Part shown: positions 41,503 to 51,195 of the stretch, piece after piece | Layout of the letters: each line of letters starts with the position of its first letter | Numbering within the stretch: position 1 is the stretch's first letter | Source of the DNA: Anaeromyxobacteraceae bacterium | GTDB lineage: Bacteria; Myxococcota; Myxococcia; Myxococcales; Anaeromyxobacteraceae | Direction of reading: 5' to 3' | NCBI GenBank assembly: GCA_047602405.1 | Contig: JASGHJ010000001.1 | Location: 1,248,001 to 1,312,000, forward strand | Length of the DNA: 64,000 nucleotides | The notes under the pieces: generated by a model | What the model was told of the DNA's origin: nothing | Seen by the model: the letters and a program-made list of their open reading frames with translations, nothing else | Database searches by the model: none | Translations under genes and position numbers: made by a program

Positions 41503-42699
41503 TCAGTACTTGAACGGCGCCGACACCTTCGCGAGCGTGGTTCGGATCCCCGCGCCGAGCTCTCCGGTCCCGAGCATGGCGGTGGACGCGTTCCCGAGGC
41601 ACCACGCCTCGTGCGCCTCGGAGACGCCGCAGAGGTTGCCCGCCGCCGCCGAGACGTCCACGAACTTCTCGGTGGAGGTGATGACCCCGGCCGGCATGCC
41701 GGAGATGAGGGGGATCGAGCAGGAGATCGCCCCCGCCGCGGTGACGCCGCAGAAGTTCACCCGCGTGGGCGCGATGGCCTTCCAGGTGCCCATGTTCGCC
41801 GGCGTGGCCGCCTTCGGGACCTGGTTGCCCCAGCAGTAGGTGAGGCCCGCCGCCGTGCGTGCGCAGGTCTCGTCGCCGATCGCGACGAGCGACTCGAACG
41901 TCTGGCCGGTCACCTGGACCGGCGCGGGCAGCGGCCGGCACGGGCCGGTGACGCCGGGGCACGTGCCGGCGGCGGTCGAGCCGAGCTGGTTGCGCGTGCC
42001 CTCGCCCCAGCACGAGACGGCGCCCGCCGCGTCGAGCGCGCAGGCGTGCGCGTCGCCGACCGCGACGTCCTTCCAGCCGGTTCCGGTGCCGATCGTCGCC
42101 GGAGGAGCGAGGCAGCCAGAGGTGCAGCTCGCCGCGGCCGCCGCGCCGGTCGTGACCGGTCCGGTGTTGCCCCAGCAGACGAGCTCGCCGCCCGTGGTCA
42201 CGCCGCAGGCGAGGTAGAGCCCGAGGGCGATGCGGGAGAACCGGCGCGCGCCGAGGCCGGGGATCTCCCGCGGGTAGTCTTCAGCGCCGAGCGGGCCGAG
42301 CCCGATCGCCGTGCCCCCGCCCCAGCCCCAGACCCGGCCCTCGGCGTCGAGGCCCATCGAAGCGGTGGCGCTCGTGACGAGCTGCTGCCACGTGTGGCCG
42401 CCGGCCACCGCCACCGGCCGGACCGAGCACTCCGCCATGAACTGGTCGATGCCGTTGTCGCTGACGACGCACGCGTCGGTCATCTGGAGGGTGCCGAGGG
42501 GCGCGACGCCCCAGCAGTAGCCCTGGCCGCCGGTGGACACACCGCAGACGTGACCCTCGGCGGTGTAGTTCGCGACGTGGACCGTCGCGAAGGCGATCGG
42601 ATCCCCGAGCGCGGTCTGCTCGGCGTCGATCGAGCCCGAGGGCCAGGGCTTGCCGCAGCCGGCGGCGAGGAGCACGGCGAGGATCGAGATCCGGTTCAT
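41503..42699 (-). CDS. RCC1-repeat lipoprotein
   Basis: Lipobox LAAGC; repeated HxC..G..xCWG units. Confidence 0.8.
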   Translation of the reverse strand: MNRISILAVLLAAGCGKPWPSGSIDAEQTALGDPIAFATVHVANYTAEGHVCGVSTGGQGYCWGVAPLGTLQMTDACVVSDNGIDQFMAECSVRPVAVAGGHTWQQLVTSATASMGLDAEGRVWGWGGGTAIGLGPLGAEDYPREIPGLGARRFSRIALGLYLACGVTTGGELVCWGNTGPVTTGAAAAASCTSGCLAPPATIGTGTGWKDVAVGDAHACALDAAGAVSCWGEGTRNQLGSTAAGTCPGVTGPCRPLPAPVQVTGQTFESLVAIGDETCARTAAGLTYCWGNQVPKAATPANMGTWKAIAPTRVNFCGVTAAGAISCSIPLISGMPAGVITSTEKFVDVSAAAGNLCGVSEAHEAWCLGNASTAMLGTGELGAGIRTTLAKVSAPFKY

Positions 42700-42704
42700 G
42701 GCGT

Positions 42705-43361
42705 TCACCACCCCGCCCCGAGCGCGACGGTCCACCCGCTGTCCGCGCCCTTCGTCCAGTCGAACGTCGCCCGCGCGTAGACCGGGCCGAGGGCGACGGT
42801 GGCGCCGAGCGCCGAGCCGTACTGCGTGGGCTCGCTCGGCCCGTCCACCGGATCGCCGCTCCGCGCGTAGACCTGCATGTCGTGGCTGATCAGGCGCAGC
42901 TGCGGGATCGCGAACGCGACGACGCTGAAGCGCGGCGAGCCGACGAGGCGGTACGAGAGCCCGAGCCCCATCGGCACGATGCGGCTCGTGAGCCGCGCGT
43001 TCGCGCGCAGCCCGTTCGCGTTGACGAGCCAGCCCTGCGCGAGCTGGAACCCGAGGAGCGCGCACGCGTTGAACCTGCGCTCCGGGTTCCGCTCCTCGAG
43101 GTCGTGCGTGTAGCGGAGGCCGACCGACGTGAGCTTCGAGCCGTTGGGCGGGTTCTTGAGCTTCACGTAGTTCACCGACAGCGTGCCCCGGTCCACGTAC
43201 ACGCCCGCCGTGCCGGTCACCGACTCCACGTCGTCGTACCCGGCCTGCGCGAAGACGAGGGAGGACGGGATGCCGTAGCACTCGCCCGCGGCCGCGCTCC
43301 GAGGCGCGGCGAGCACGGCGGCGGCCGTCAGCGCGGTGACGAACGTGGCGATGGTCTTCAA
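42705..43361 (-). CDS. Secreted/outer-membrane beta-barrel-like hypothetical protein
   Basis: TTG start with GGAGG RBS, signal peptide, alternating beta strands, terminal aromatic (VALGAGW). Confidence 0.6.
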   Translation of the reverse strand: MKTIATFVTALTAAAVLAAPRSAAAGECYGIPSSLVFAQAGYDDVESVTGTAGVYVDRGTLSVNYVKLKNPPNGSKLTSVGLRYTHDLEERNPERRFNACALLGFQLAQGWLVNANGLRANARLTSRIVPMGLGLSYRLVGSPRFSVVAFAIPQLRLISHDMQVYARSGDPVDGPSEPTQYGSALGATVALGPVYARATFDWTKGADSGWTVALGAGW

Positions 43362-43464
43362 GGCCGGTCCTCCCGGCGCTCGAGGCGCCGGGAGGGAGAA
43401 CGGCGCGAGCCGCGCGGCGTGACGGGCCCCGGTGGGGGCGGGAGGGAGGCCTGCCGAACGTGCC

Positions 43465-44532
43465 TCAGGGCAGCTCGAAGATCGCGATCTGGCTCGTGAG
43501 GCTGGAGTGGTACTCCGCTGTCCAGGGCGCGTACGCCGCGTAGGCGAGCCCGGCGTTCGCGTGCATCGTCGTCGCGCCGGTCCGGAACAGCCCGAAGACC
43601 TTGACCGGCGCGGACACCCGCACGCCGCTCGCCTCGGCACGCAGCGCCGAGACCCACATCGAGCCCCAGTCGCCGTCGACCTGCGTCGCGAGCAGGCAGC
43701 CGCCGAGCGTGTCGCAGGAGAACGTCTCGAAGTTGCCGGCGTGGTCGGAGGTCCAGGTGCGTGCGGGGGCGGACGCGGAGAGGTCGAGGCGGTCGAGCCG
43801 CGACTTGCCGGCGAACGGTGACGGGCCCGCCGCCCAGGCGACGTCGGCGGCGAGGACCTCGACCTTGCGGTAGCCGCGGACGTCCGGGTCGGTGACGTGC
43901 TGGAGGTGCCAGGTCCCGCCGGAGTCGGCCTGCAGCCGCGCGTGCCCGGCCTCGGTGAAGATCGTGAAGCCGCCGCCGAACGGCACGATGCAGGTGACCG
44001 GCGAGCCGATCGGGAAGGTGCCCGCCGTGGCGGGCGTCGCGCCGGAGAGGTCCACAAGCTCGACGGCGCTCATCGCGTAGGCGGTCGTGACGGCGAGCCA
44101 GGGGCCCGTCGCGGCGACCCGGTAGGCCCCGGAGCGGTCCATCGTCGCGAGGACCGCGGGCTGGGCGCCGTCGAGCGCGATCACCGAGACCCGGCCCTCG
44201 TCCTGGAAGGCGAGCGCCGCACGGTCGGCGCCGACGACGAGCTCCTCGGCGACGCCGTTCGAGACGCCGAGGTCGACCGTCCCGCGCACGAGCAGCTCGC
44301 CGCGGTGCGAGGGGTCGGCCGAGAACACGCGGACGCGGGCGTCGGGCCCGAGCGTGTCCCGGTACTGGGCGACCACGGTGGCGCCGGACCCGCCCACCGC
44401 ATGGACGTTCCACCCGAGCTCGAACTGCCGGATGGGCCGCAGGTCCTCGGCCTGTCCGCCCCCGTCGCTCGAGGGGCACGCGGTGAGGAGCAGCGAGGCG
44501 GCGAGCAGCAGCGGGCCGGTCGAGCGGGGCAT
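43465..44532 (-). CDS. Lipoprotein, LVIVD-like beta-propeller
   Basis: Lipobox LTAC; repeats such as VSVIALD..P, VELVDLS..TP. Confidence 0.6.
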   Translation of the reverse strand: MPRSTGPLLLAASLLLTACPSSDGGGQAEDLRPIRQFELGWNVHAVGGSGATVVAQYRDTLGPDARVRVFSADPSHRGELLVRGTVDLGVSNGVAEELVVGADRAALAFQDEGRVSVIALDGAQPAVLATMDRSGAYRVAATGPWLAVTTAYAMSAVELVDLSGATPATAGTFPIGSPVTCIVPFGGGFTIFTEAGHARLQADSGGTWHLQHVTDPDVRGYRKVEVLAADVAWAAGPSPFAGKSRLDRLDLSASAPARTWTSDHAGNFETFSCDTLGGCLLATQVDGDWGSMWVSALRAEASGVRVSAPVKVFGLFRTGATTMHANAGLAYAAYAPWTAEYHSSLTSQIAIFELP

Positions 44533-44590
44533 GGGCGAGGTTCCCTCCGCCCGACCCGTACCGCGCCGCTTCACCGCGAGCAAGAACTGC

Positions 44591-45739
44591 CTACCGCCAC
44601 CACGTCTCGAGCGGCGGCGGGTTCACAGGCTCGACGAGTGCGCCGAGCTTCGGCACGACCAGCGTGACCCCCGCCTTCGCCGCGGCGTCGACCACCTCGT
44701 CCGCCGGCGCGTTCCACGCGTGGAAGGCGAGGTTGAAGGTGCCCCAGTGCACCGGCACGAGCACCTTGCCGCGCACGTCCTGGTGCACCTTCACCGCCTC
44801 CGCGGGCGACATGTGGATCTGCTGCCAGGTTCGGTCGCAGGCGCCGATCTTCACGAGCGTGAGGTCGAACGGCCCGTGCTGTTCGCCGATCTTCGCGAAG
44901 CCGTCGAAGTAGCCCGAGTCGCCGCTGAAGAAGAACCGGTGCGCCGGGCCCGCCACGACCCAGGACGACCAGAGCGTGCCGTCGCGGCGGAGCGGGTTGC
45001 GGCCCGAGTAGTGGCGGGCGGGCGTCGCGGTCACGGTGAGCGGGCCGACCGTCGCCGACTCCTCCCAGTCGAGCTCCGCGACCTGCGCGGCCGGCACGCC
45101 CCAGGTCTCGAGGTGGGCGCCGACGCCGAGCGGGACGGCGAAGCGCGAGCCCCGCGCCGCGAGCGCCCTCACGGTGGCCATGTCGAGGTGGTCGAAGTGG
45201 TCGTGCGACACCACGACGAGGTCGATCGGCGGCAGGGCCTCGAGCGCGATCGGCGGCGCCTGGAACCGCCTCGGCCCGACCAGCGTCGACGGCGAGCAGC
45301 GGTCGGAGAAGACCGGATCGGTGAGCACCCGCGCCCCGTCGAGCTCGACGAGCGCGGTCGCGTGGCCGATCCAGGTGACCCGCAGGCCCGAGGCGGGCGG
45401 CGTCGCGTAATCGGCGGCGGTCCGCGCGACGAGCGGGGGCGGGACCGCGGGGACGCGCTGCTCCTTGCCGAAGAACTGGTGCTGCAGCATCTCCCAGGTC
45501 GTGCCCGGCTCCAGCATGGCCGTGGGGAGCGGGTTCACGAAGACGCCGTCCTTGAAGTTCGGCGAGCGCCGGGCCCGCTCCAGCCGGGCGCCCTCGAGGC
45601 GCCCGCCGAAGGTCGCGAGCCAGGAAGTGGAGGCGAGGGTGGTCACGAGCACACCTGCCAGGACGAGCGCGGCTCCGCCGAGGGCGAGGCGGCGCCCGCG
45701 GCGGCGGGTGGGGGAAGGTCCGAGGGTGGGGAAGTCCAC
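44591..45739 (-). CDS. MBL-fold metallo-hydrolase (RomA/NAPE-PLD-like)
   Basis: TWIGHAT, TDPVFS, SHDHFDHLD, PARHYSGR, GDSGY, PVHWGTF. Confidence 0.88.
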   Translation of the reverse strand: MDFPTLGPSPTRRRGRRLALGGAALVLAGVLVTTLASTSWLATFGGRLEGARLERARRSPNFKDGVFVNPLPTAMLEPGTTWEMLQHQFFGKEQRVPAVPPPLVARTAADYATPPASGLRVTWIGHATALVELDGARVLTDPVFSDRCSPSTLVGPRRFQAPPIALEALPPIDLVVVSHDHFDHLDMATVRALAARGSRFAVPLGVGAHLETWGVPAAQVAELDWEESATVGPLTVTATPARHYSGRNPLRRDGTLWSSWVVAGPAHRFFFSGDSGYFDGFAKIGEQHGPFDLTLVKIGACDRTWQQIHMSPAEAVKVHQDVRGKVLVPVHWGTFNLAFHAWNAPADEVVDAAAKAGVTLVVPKLGALVEPVNPPPLETWWR

Positions 45740-45783
45740 GGGGTGGGCGGCATTGTACCCCCTGGCGCGAAGCCCGGAAGAGT

Positions 45784-45807
45784 CTTACTCTTACATGTAA
45801 GAGTAAG
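45784..45807. promoter_or_regulatory. Perfect 24-bp palindromic operator upstream of vapBC
   Basis: CTTACTCTTACATGTAAGAGTAAG is its own reverse complement, AT-rich, abutting the antitoxin RBS. Confidence 0.8.
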
Positions 45808-45818
45808 GAGCCAGGGGC

Positions 45819-46052
45819 ATGCGCATCACGAGCAAGGGGCAGGTCACCATCCCGGCCGAGCTCCGCGAGAAGGCGGGGCTCCTGCCGGACACCGAGGTGG
45901 AGTTCGAGCTGGACGGGAAGGGCGTTCGCATCCACCGGGCACGAACGCAACGCCGCGAGGGCAGAGGGGCCCGTGCGGTCGGGTCGCTGCGGGGGCGCGC
46001 GACCGTGAAGATGAGCACCGACGAGATCCTCGCGCTGACGCGCGGCGACTGA
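45819..46052 (+). CDS. vapB: AbrB/MazE/SpoVT-family antitoxin
   Basis: MRITSKGQVTIP..GL.P.TEVEF. Confidence 0.9.
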   Translation: MRITSKGQVTIPAELREKAGLLPDTEVEFELDGKGVRIHRARTQRREGRGARAVGSLRGRATVKMSTDEILALTRGD

Positions 46053-46468
46053 TGGCGATCCTCGTCGACAGCAACGTCCTGCTCGACGTCGCCACCTCCG
46101 ATCCGACCTGGGCGCAGTGGTCGGCCGAGGCGCTCGCTCGCGCGGCGGACCGGGCGGTCCTCGTGATCAACCCGATCGTCTACGCCGAGGTGTCGGTGGG
46201 CTTCGAGCGGGTGGAGGATCTCGAGGAGGCACTCCCGCCCGATCTCTTCCGGCGCGATCCTCTCCCTTACGAGGCCGCCTTCCTCGCCGGGAAAAGCTTC
46301 CTCGCGTACCGGCGGCGGGGAGGTAGGCGAATGACGCCACTGCCGGACTTCTACATCGGCGCGCACGCAGCCGTGGCGGGCCACGAGCTCCTCACCCGCG
46401 ACGTGAGGCGCTACCGCACCTACTTCCCCCGCCTGGCGCTCATCGCTCCGGGTGCACCTGGCGCCTGA
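46052..46468 (+). CDS. vapC: PIN-domain toxin
   Basis: ILVDSNVLLD, IVYAE, LPDFYIGAHA, LLTRD; TGATG coupling. Confidence 0.92.
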   Translation: MAILVDSNVLLDVATSDPTWAQWSAEALARAADRAVLVINPIVYAEVSVGFERVEDLEEALPPDLFRRDPLPYEAAFLAGKSFLAYRRRGGRRMTPLPDFYIGAHAAVAGHELLTRDVRRYRTYFPRLALIAPGAPGA

Positions 46469-46522
46469 CCCGCGCCGCCGAAATTCACCCCCCGCCGCCC
46501 TTCCTGCTATCGTTCCGGGACC

Positions 46523-47092
46523 ATGGCCACCGCGACGGACCCCCAGCGCCGCTACGAGCGCATCGAGACCGATCTCCCGTGCCGGCTCTTCATCCCGGGG
46601 CCCGGCGGCGCGCTCCTCTTCGAGGCCTTCTGCACCTCCCGGAACCTCGGCCTGGGCGGCATCTTCGTCCAGTCGAGCTTCCTCCTGAAGCGCGGCCTCG
46701 AGCTCTACGTCGAGCTCGGCCTGCCCGACGGCCCGCTGCCCATCCGCTCGCAGGTGGCGCACGTCGTCGAGCTCGAGCACGACGAGCTCGTGTCGGGCAT
46801 GGGCATCGAGTTCCTCGACGTCGACGCCCACGGTCGCGAGACGCTGCTCCGCTACTTCACGCCGGTCCGGTACGAGACCTTCTACGGCGCCTTCATCGAG
46901 GAGTTCCCGCACCTCAAGAAGGCGCTCCCGCTCCGCGACGTCTCGCTCGTCCTGAACCTGTGGGAGGAGTGGAAGATCCGCGGCGAGGGCGGGCCGCGCC
47001 TCACCTCGAGCGGCGCCCCGCCGTCGATCGGCCGCGCCGCCCGCGGGCGCCCCCCGCTCCCGGCCCCCGTTCCGGGCCACAAGAAGCGCTAG
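46523..47092 (+). CDS. PilZ domain protein
   Basis: QRRYER (RxxxR), NLGLGG (D/NxSxxG-like), GMGIEF. Confidence 0.82.
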   Translation: MATATDPQRRYERIETDLPCRLFIPGPGGALLFEAFCTSRNLGLGGIFVQSSFLLKRGLELYVELGLPDGPLPIRSQVAHVVELEHDELVSGMGIEFLDVDAHGRETLLRYFTPVRYETFYGAFIEEFPHLKKALPLRDVSLVLNLWEEWKIRGEGGPRLTSSGAPPSIGRAARGRPPLPAPVPGHKKR

Positions 47093-47125
47093 GTCGCACC
47101 GCGCCCGCCCCGGAGGACCCGCGCC

Positions 47126-49313
47126 GTGCAGAAGGTCCGGCTCGCCTTCCTCTGGCACATGCACCAGCCGCCGTACCGCGACGCCACGAGCGGCGAGGTG
47201 CTCCTGCCGTGGGTGCGCCTGCACGCCACCCGCTCGTACCGGGACATGGCGTGGATCCTCGAGCGCCACCCGGGCGTGCGCTGCACGGTGAACTTCACGC
47301 CGGTGCTGCTCGAGCAGCTCGAGGAGGCGACGCTCGGCGCCGGGCGCGACCGCTTCCTCGACCTCAGCGTCCGCGATCCCGCCGACCTCGCGCCGGCGGA
47401 GCGCGGGATCCTGCTCCGCTCGTTCTTCATGGTGAGCTGGGACCGCCACGTCCGCCCGGTGCCGCGCTACGCCGAGCTCCTCTCGAAGCGCGGCCGGGAC
47501 CTGCGCGGCGTGGACGTCGAGCGGCTCGCCGCGACCTTCACGCCGGCGGAGCTCCGCGACCTCGCGGTGCACTTCAACCTCGCGTGGATGGGCTTCTCGG
47601 CGCTCGAGGACGACCCCGGGCTGCGCGCGCTCCTCCAGAAGGGCCGGGACTTCGACCACCGCGACGCCGCCTACGTCGTCGAGGCGCAGCGGCGGATCGT
47701 CGCCGAGATCGTCCCGCGCTGGCGCGCGCTCGCCGAGCGGGGGCAGGTCGAGCTCTCGACGACGCCCTACTACCACCCGATCCTCCCGCTCGTCTGCGAC
47801 ACCGACGCCGCGAGGCGGGCGCTCCCGGACGCCACCCTGCCGCCGCGCTTCGCCTGGCCGGAGGACGCGGCCTGGCACGTGCGCGAGGCGATCGCCGCGC
47901 ACGCGCGCCACTTCGGCCGGCCGCCCGCGGGCACCTGGCCGGCGGAGGGTTCGGTGTCGCCCGAGGCCGTCGCGCTCCTCGCGGGCGAGGGCCTCGGCTG
48001 GGCGGCGTCCGACGAGGGCGTGCTCCTCGCGTCCCTGCCCGGCGACGCCCCGCGGCTCTCGTCGCTCTACCGGCCCTGGCGCGTCGCGGCCGGCGGGCGC
48101 GAGCTGCCGATGCTCTTCCGCGACCGCGCGCTCTCCGACCTCGTCGGCTTCACCTACTCGAAGGTGCCGGCGGCCGAGGCGGTCTCCGACATGCTCGGCC
48201 ACGTCGCCTCGGTCGGCCAGGCATGGGAGGGCGCCGGGCTCCCGGGGCAGGCGACCGTGGGCGTGTTCCTCGACGGCGAGAACGCCTGGGAGCACTACCC
48301 GCGCTCCGGCCACGAGTTCCTCGACGGCCTGTGGGGCGCGCTCGAGCGCCACCCGCGCATCGAGACGGTGACGATGAGCGAGGCGACGCGCGGGCGGCCC
48401 GGGGAGCCCCAGGGGCGGGTCGAGCAGATCCACTCCGGCTCCTGGATTCGAGTCGTCCTTCCGGATTTGGATGGGCCACCACGAGGATCGCACCGCGTGG
48501 AGCGCCCTCGGGAAGGCGCGGCGCGCGGTGGCGGACGCCGAGCGCGCGGGGAGCGTCCCGCAGGACCGGCTCGCGGCGGCGCGCCGGCACCTCCACGCCG
48601 CCGAGGCCTCCGACTGGTTCTGGTGGTACGGCGAGGACTTCACGACCGAGCTCGCCGCCGAGTTCGACGCGCTCTTCCGCGGCCACGTCGCGAGGGCGTC
48701 GCTCCTCGTCGGCGCCGAGCCGCCGCCGGAGGTGCAGGGGCCCATCAAGCGCGCCGGCACGGCGCAGCCGGCCGGCGTCGAGGCGAAGCCGCTCTCCGGG
48801 CCGACCGCGCTCCTCAAGCCCACGCTCGACGGAAGGGAGACGACCTACTTCGAGTGGCAGGGGTCCGGGCTCTACCGGCCCGGCCAGCACCGCGGGTCGA
48901 TGTACGGCGCCGCCCAGGGCTTCAGCGTCCTGCGTTACGCGTTCGACCTCCAGCAGCTCTACCTGCGACTCGATCCCGCCGAGTCGCCCGCCCGCACCGC
49001 CGAGGTGGCGACGACCGTGCGCGTCGTCGTGCTCTCCCGCGAGCAGCAGCGGTGGGTCGACTTCGAGGTCGCACCCGGCGGAGGGACGCGGCCGGGCCGG
49101 AAGGGCTCGGCCGAGGTCGGCGCCTCCGCGATGGAGGAGATCCTCGAGCTCGAGATTCCCTTCGCCGAGCTCGGACTGAAACCCGGTTCCAGGTTCGCCG
49201 TCGCCGTCCACGCACTGCGCGGCGAAGTGGAGGTGGAACGGTTGCCGCGATTCGGGTACGTCAACCTCGTCGTACCCGACGCCGACTTCGAGCGGCTGCA
49301 CTGGCGGGTGTGA
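47126..49313 (+). CDS. Glycoside hydrolase family 57 (amylopullulanase-like); apparent +1 frameshift at ~48447
   Basis: LWHMHQP, TPYYHPILPL, WPAEG, LDGENAWE, GSWI|ESSFRIWMGH, AEASDWFWW. Confidence 0.88.
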
Positions 49314-49327
49314 CGCGGGGGGGGACG

Positions 49328-50203
49328 TTGGAAGAGGCGACACGCAAGCGCGCACCGCGGGACGCCGGCGCGGAGGGCAGTGGCACGGGCGAATCGCGCC
49401 TCGTCATCGTCGAGGGCGACGCCGTCACCGGCCTCTCGGTCGGGCTCGACCGCGAGATCACGCTCGGGCGCGATCCCGGCTGCGACGTGGTGCTGCCGAG
49501 CGAGGACGTCTCCCGGCGGCACGCGCGCGTGACGCCGGAGGGCGGCGGCCACCTGCTCGTCGACCTCGGCTCCACGAACGGCACCCACGTGAACGGGTGG
49601 AACGTCCAGAAGCGCGTGCTGCGCTCGGGGGACCGCCTGCAGATCGGGCCGTTCACGCTCCGTTACTTCGACGCCGGCGCCATCGACGCCCGCGACCTCG
49701 AGGAGGTCGGCCGCCTCGCGCGCCTCGACCCCCTGACCGGCATCCCGAACCGCCGCGCCTTCGAGGAGACGCTCGGCCGCGCCTTCGGGAACGCGCGCCG
49801 GTCCGGCCTCTCCTTCGCGGTCGTCACCGCCGACCTCGACCACTTCAAGGTCGTCAACGACCGCCTGGGCCACGTCGCGGGCGACGCGGTGCTCTCCGCC
49901 GTCGCCGGCCGGCTGGCCGCGGCGCTGCGCGAGGGCGACGTCGTCGCGCGGGTCGGCGGCGAGGAGTTCGCGGTGGTGCTGCCCGGCGCCGGGCTCGCCG
50001 AGGCCATCGAGGTCGCCGAGCGCCTGCGCATGCGGGTCGCCGAGTCGCCGATCATGGTGAGCGACGACGCCCTCGCCGTCACCGCGTCCTTCGGCTGCGC
50101 CGCGCTCGCGAAGGACGACGAGGAGGCCATCGCGCTCCTCGTCAGGGCGGACCAGAAGCTGTACGCCGCGAAGACCGCGGGCCGGAACCGGGTGATGGCC
50201 TGA
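49328..50203 (+). CDS. FHA-GGDEF diguanylate cyclase
   Basis: LGR..VSRRHA..DLGSTNGT (FHA); DPLTG, DLDHFK, RVGGEEF. Confidence 0.9.
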   Translation: MEEATRKRAPRDAGAEGSGTGESRLVIVEGDAVTGLSVGLDREITLGRDPGCDVVLPSEDVSRRHARVTPEGGGHLLVDLGSTNGTHVNGWNVQKRVLRSGDRLQIGPFTLRYFDAGAIDARDLEEVGRLARLDPLTGIPNRRAFEETLGRAFGNARRSGLSFAVVTADLDHFKVVNDRLGHVAGDAVLSAVAGRLAAALREGDVVARVGGEEFAVVLPGAGLAEAIEVAERLRMRVAESPIMVSDDALAVTASFGCAALAKDDEEAIALLVRADQKLYAAKTAGRNRVMA

Positions 50204-50951
50204 TCACGGCCTGACCGCTCCCCCTCTCCCCCCGGGAGAGGGCAGGGGTGAGGGTCGGTCGTGCTCCCGGATCGAACAGCAGCCACGGCATCCGCTGCTC
50301 GTCCGCGCCCGCGCGGCCGCTCGCGAGCCGCACCACCGACGCCGACCAGCCGTGCTTCCCCTGCGGGACGTTCGCGAGCGGGGCATCGGACGGACGCATC
50401 GGCGCGTAGCCGAGCCGCTCGTACACCGCGAGCGCGCGCGGATTCTCGGCCTGGAGCGCCACCCGGCCGCGGGCGCCGGTGCGCTGCGCGCGGCGTGAGA
50501 GGTGCGCGAGGAGCGCGGTGCCGGACCCGCGCACGGCGCGGCCGTCGGGCGGGTCGCCAGGCGCGAGCAGGTTCCACGGCGCAGTCGCGATGAGCTCCGC
50601 GAAGACCGCGCGGCGGCAGGGGACCCACGAGACGATCCCCTGGAGCTGGCCCGCGTGGCGCGCGACCGTGATCCGGCGCTCGGAGGGCTCGCCCTCGCCG
50701 TCCTCCTCGCCGGCGAGCACGCGCCCGAGCTCGCCCGTGATGCGGCGCTCGTCCTCGAGGCGCAGCCGGGTCCCCGGGCCGATCGCGTCGCCCGAGAGGA
50801 GCGAGCGCACGATCCAGTCCCACGCGCGGAGCGCCTCGCCGAGCGCCGGCGCGGCGGGGTCGAGGTCCTCGAAGGTGAAGGAGGCCCGCCCGCGGAGGGG
50901 GCGGGCGATGGGTTCTGGGGGTTCGGCGGAGGTGGTGCTCGAGGCGGGCAT
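50142..50951 (-). CDS. GNAT-like hypothetical protein (3' end uncertain)
   Basis: ELIATAPWN, VRGSGTALL, ALAVYERLGY; C-terminus runs through the REP-like element into the GGDEF gene. Confidence 0.55.
   Translation of the reverse strand: MPASSTTSAEPPEPIARPLRGRASFTFEDLDPAAPALGEALRAWDWIVRSLLSGDAIGPGTRLRLEDERRITGELGRVLAGEEDGEGEPSERRITVARHAGQLQGIVSWVPCRRAVFAELIATAPWNLLAPGDPPDGRAVRGSGTALLAHLSRRAQRTGARGRVALQAENPRALAVYERLGYAPMRPSDAPLANVPQGKHGWSASVVRLASGRAGADEQRMPWLLFDPGARPTLTPALSRGERGSGQAVIRPSPGSGPRSSRRTASGPP
50218..50255. repeat. REP-like palindromic element
   Basis: CCCCTCTCCC-CCC-GGGAGAGGG hairpin followed by CAGGGGTGAGGG. Confidence 0.65.
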
Positions 50952-51195
50952 GGCGGGGCCGAGGACAGCACCGGGCCGGGTGGCGGGCAAGGTTCCCCCG
51001 CGAGCGCCGTGCGGACGGGGGTTTGCGCGTGTCCGGCACCCGTGTCGTCGCTGGGCTTCGCTGTCGCACCGGACCGGTGGTCCGCGTGTGACCGCGGGGC
51101 GAACCCGCCCCGCTTTGCCCGGCGGTCCCGTCCCGCCCGGGTTAGAGTCCCGCCGCGTGTCCGGCACCCCATCCACGAGCGACGCCCGGGGCGTG

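Noticed and set aside
47126..50203. 1025-aa ORF that looks like a GH57-FHA-GGDEF fusion
   Set aside because: Artefact of the +1 frameshift at ~48447. The middle is out-of-frame Arg-rich junk, and GH57 ends at 49313 in another frame.
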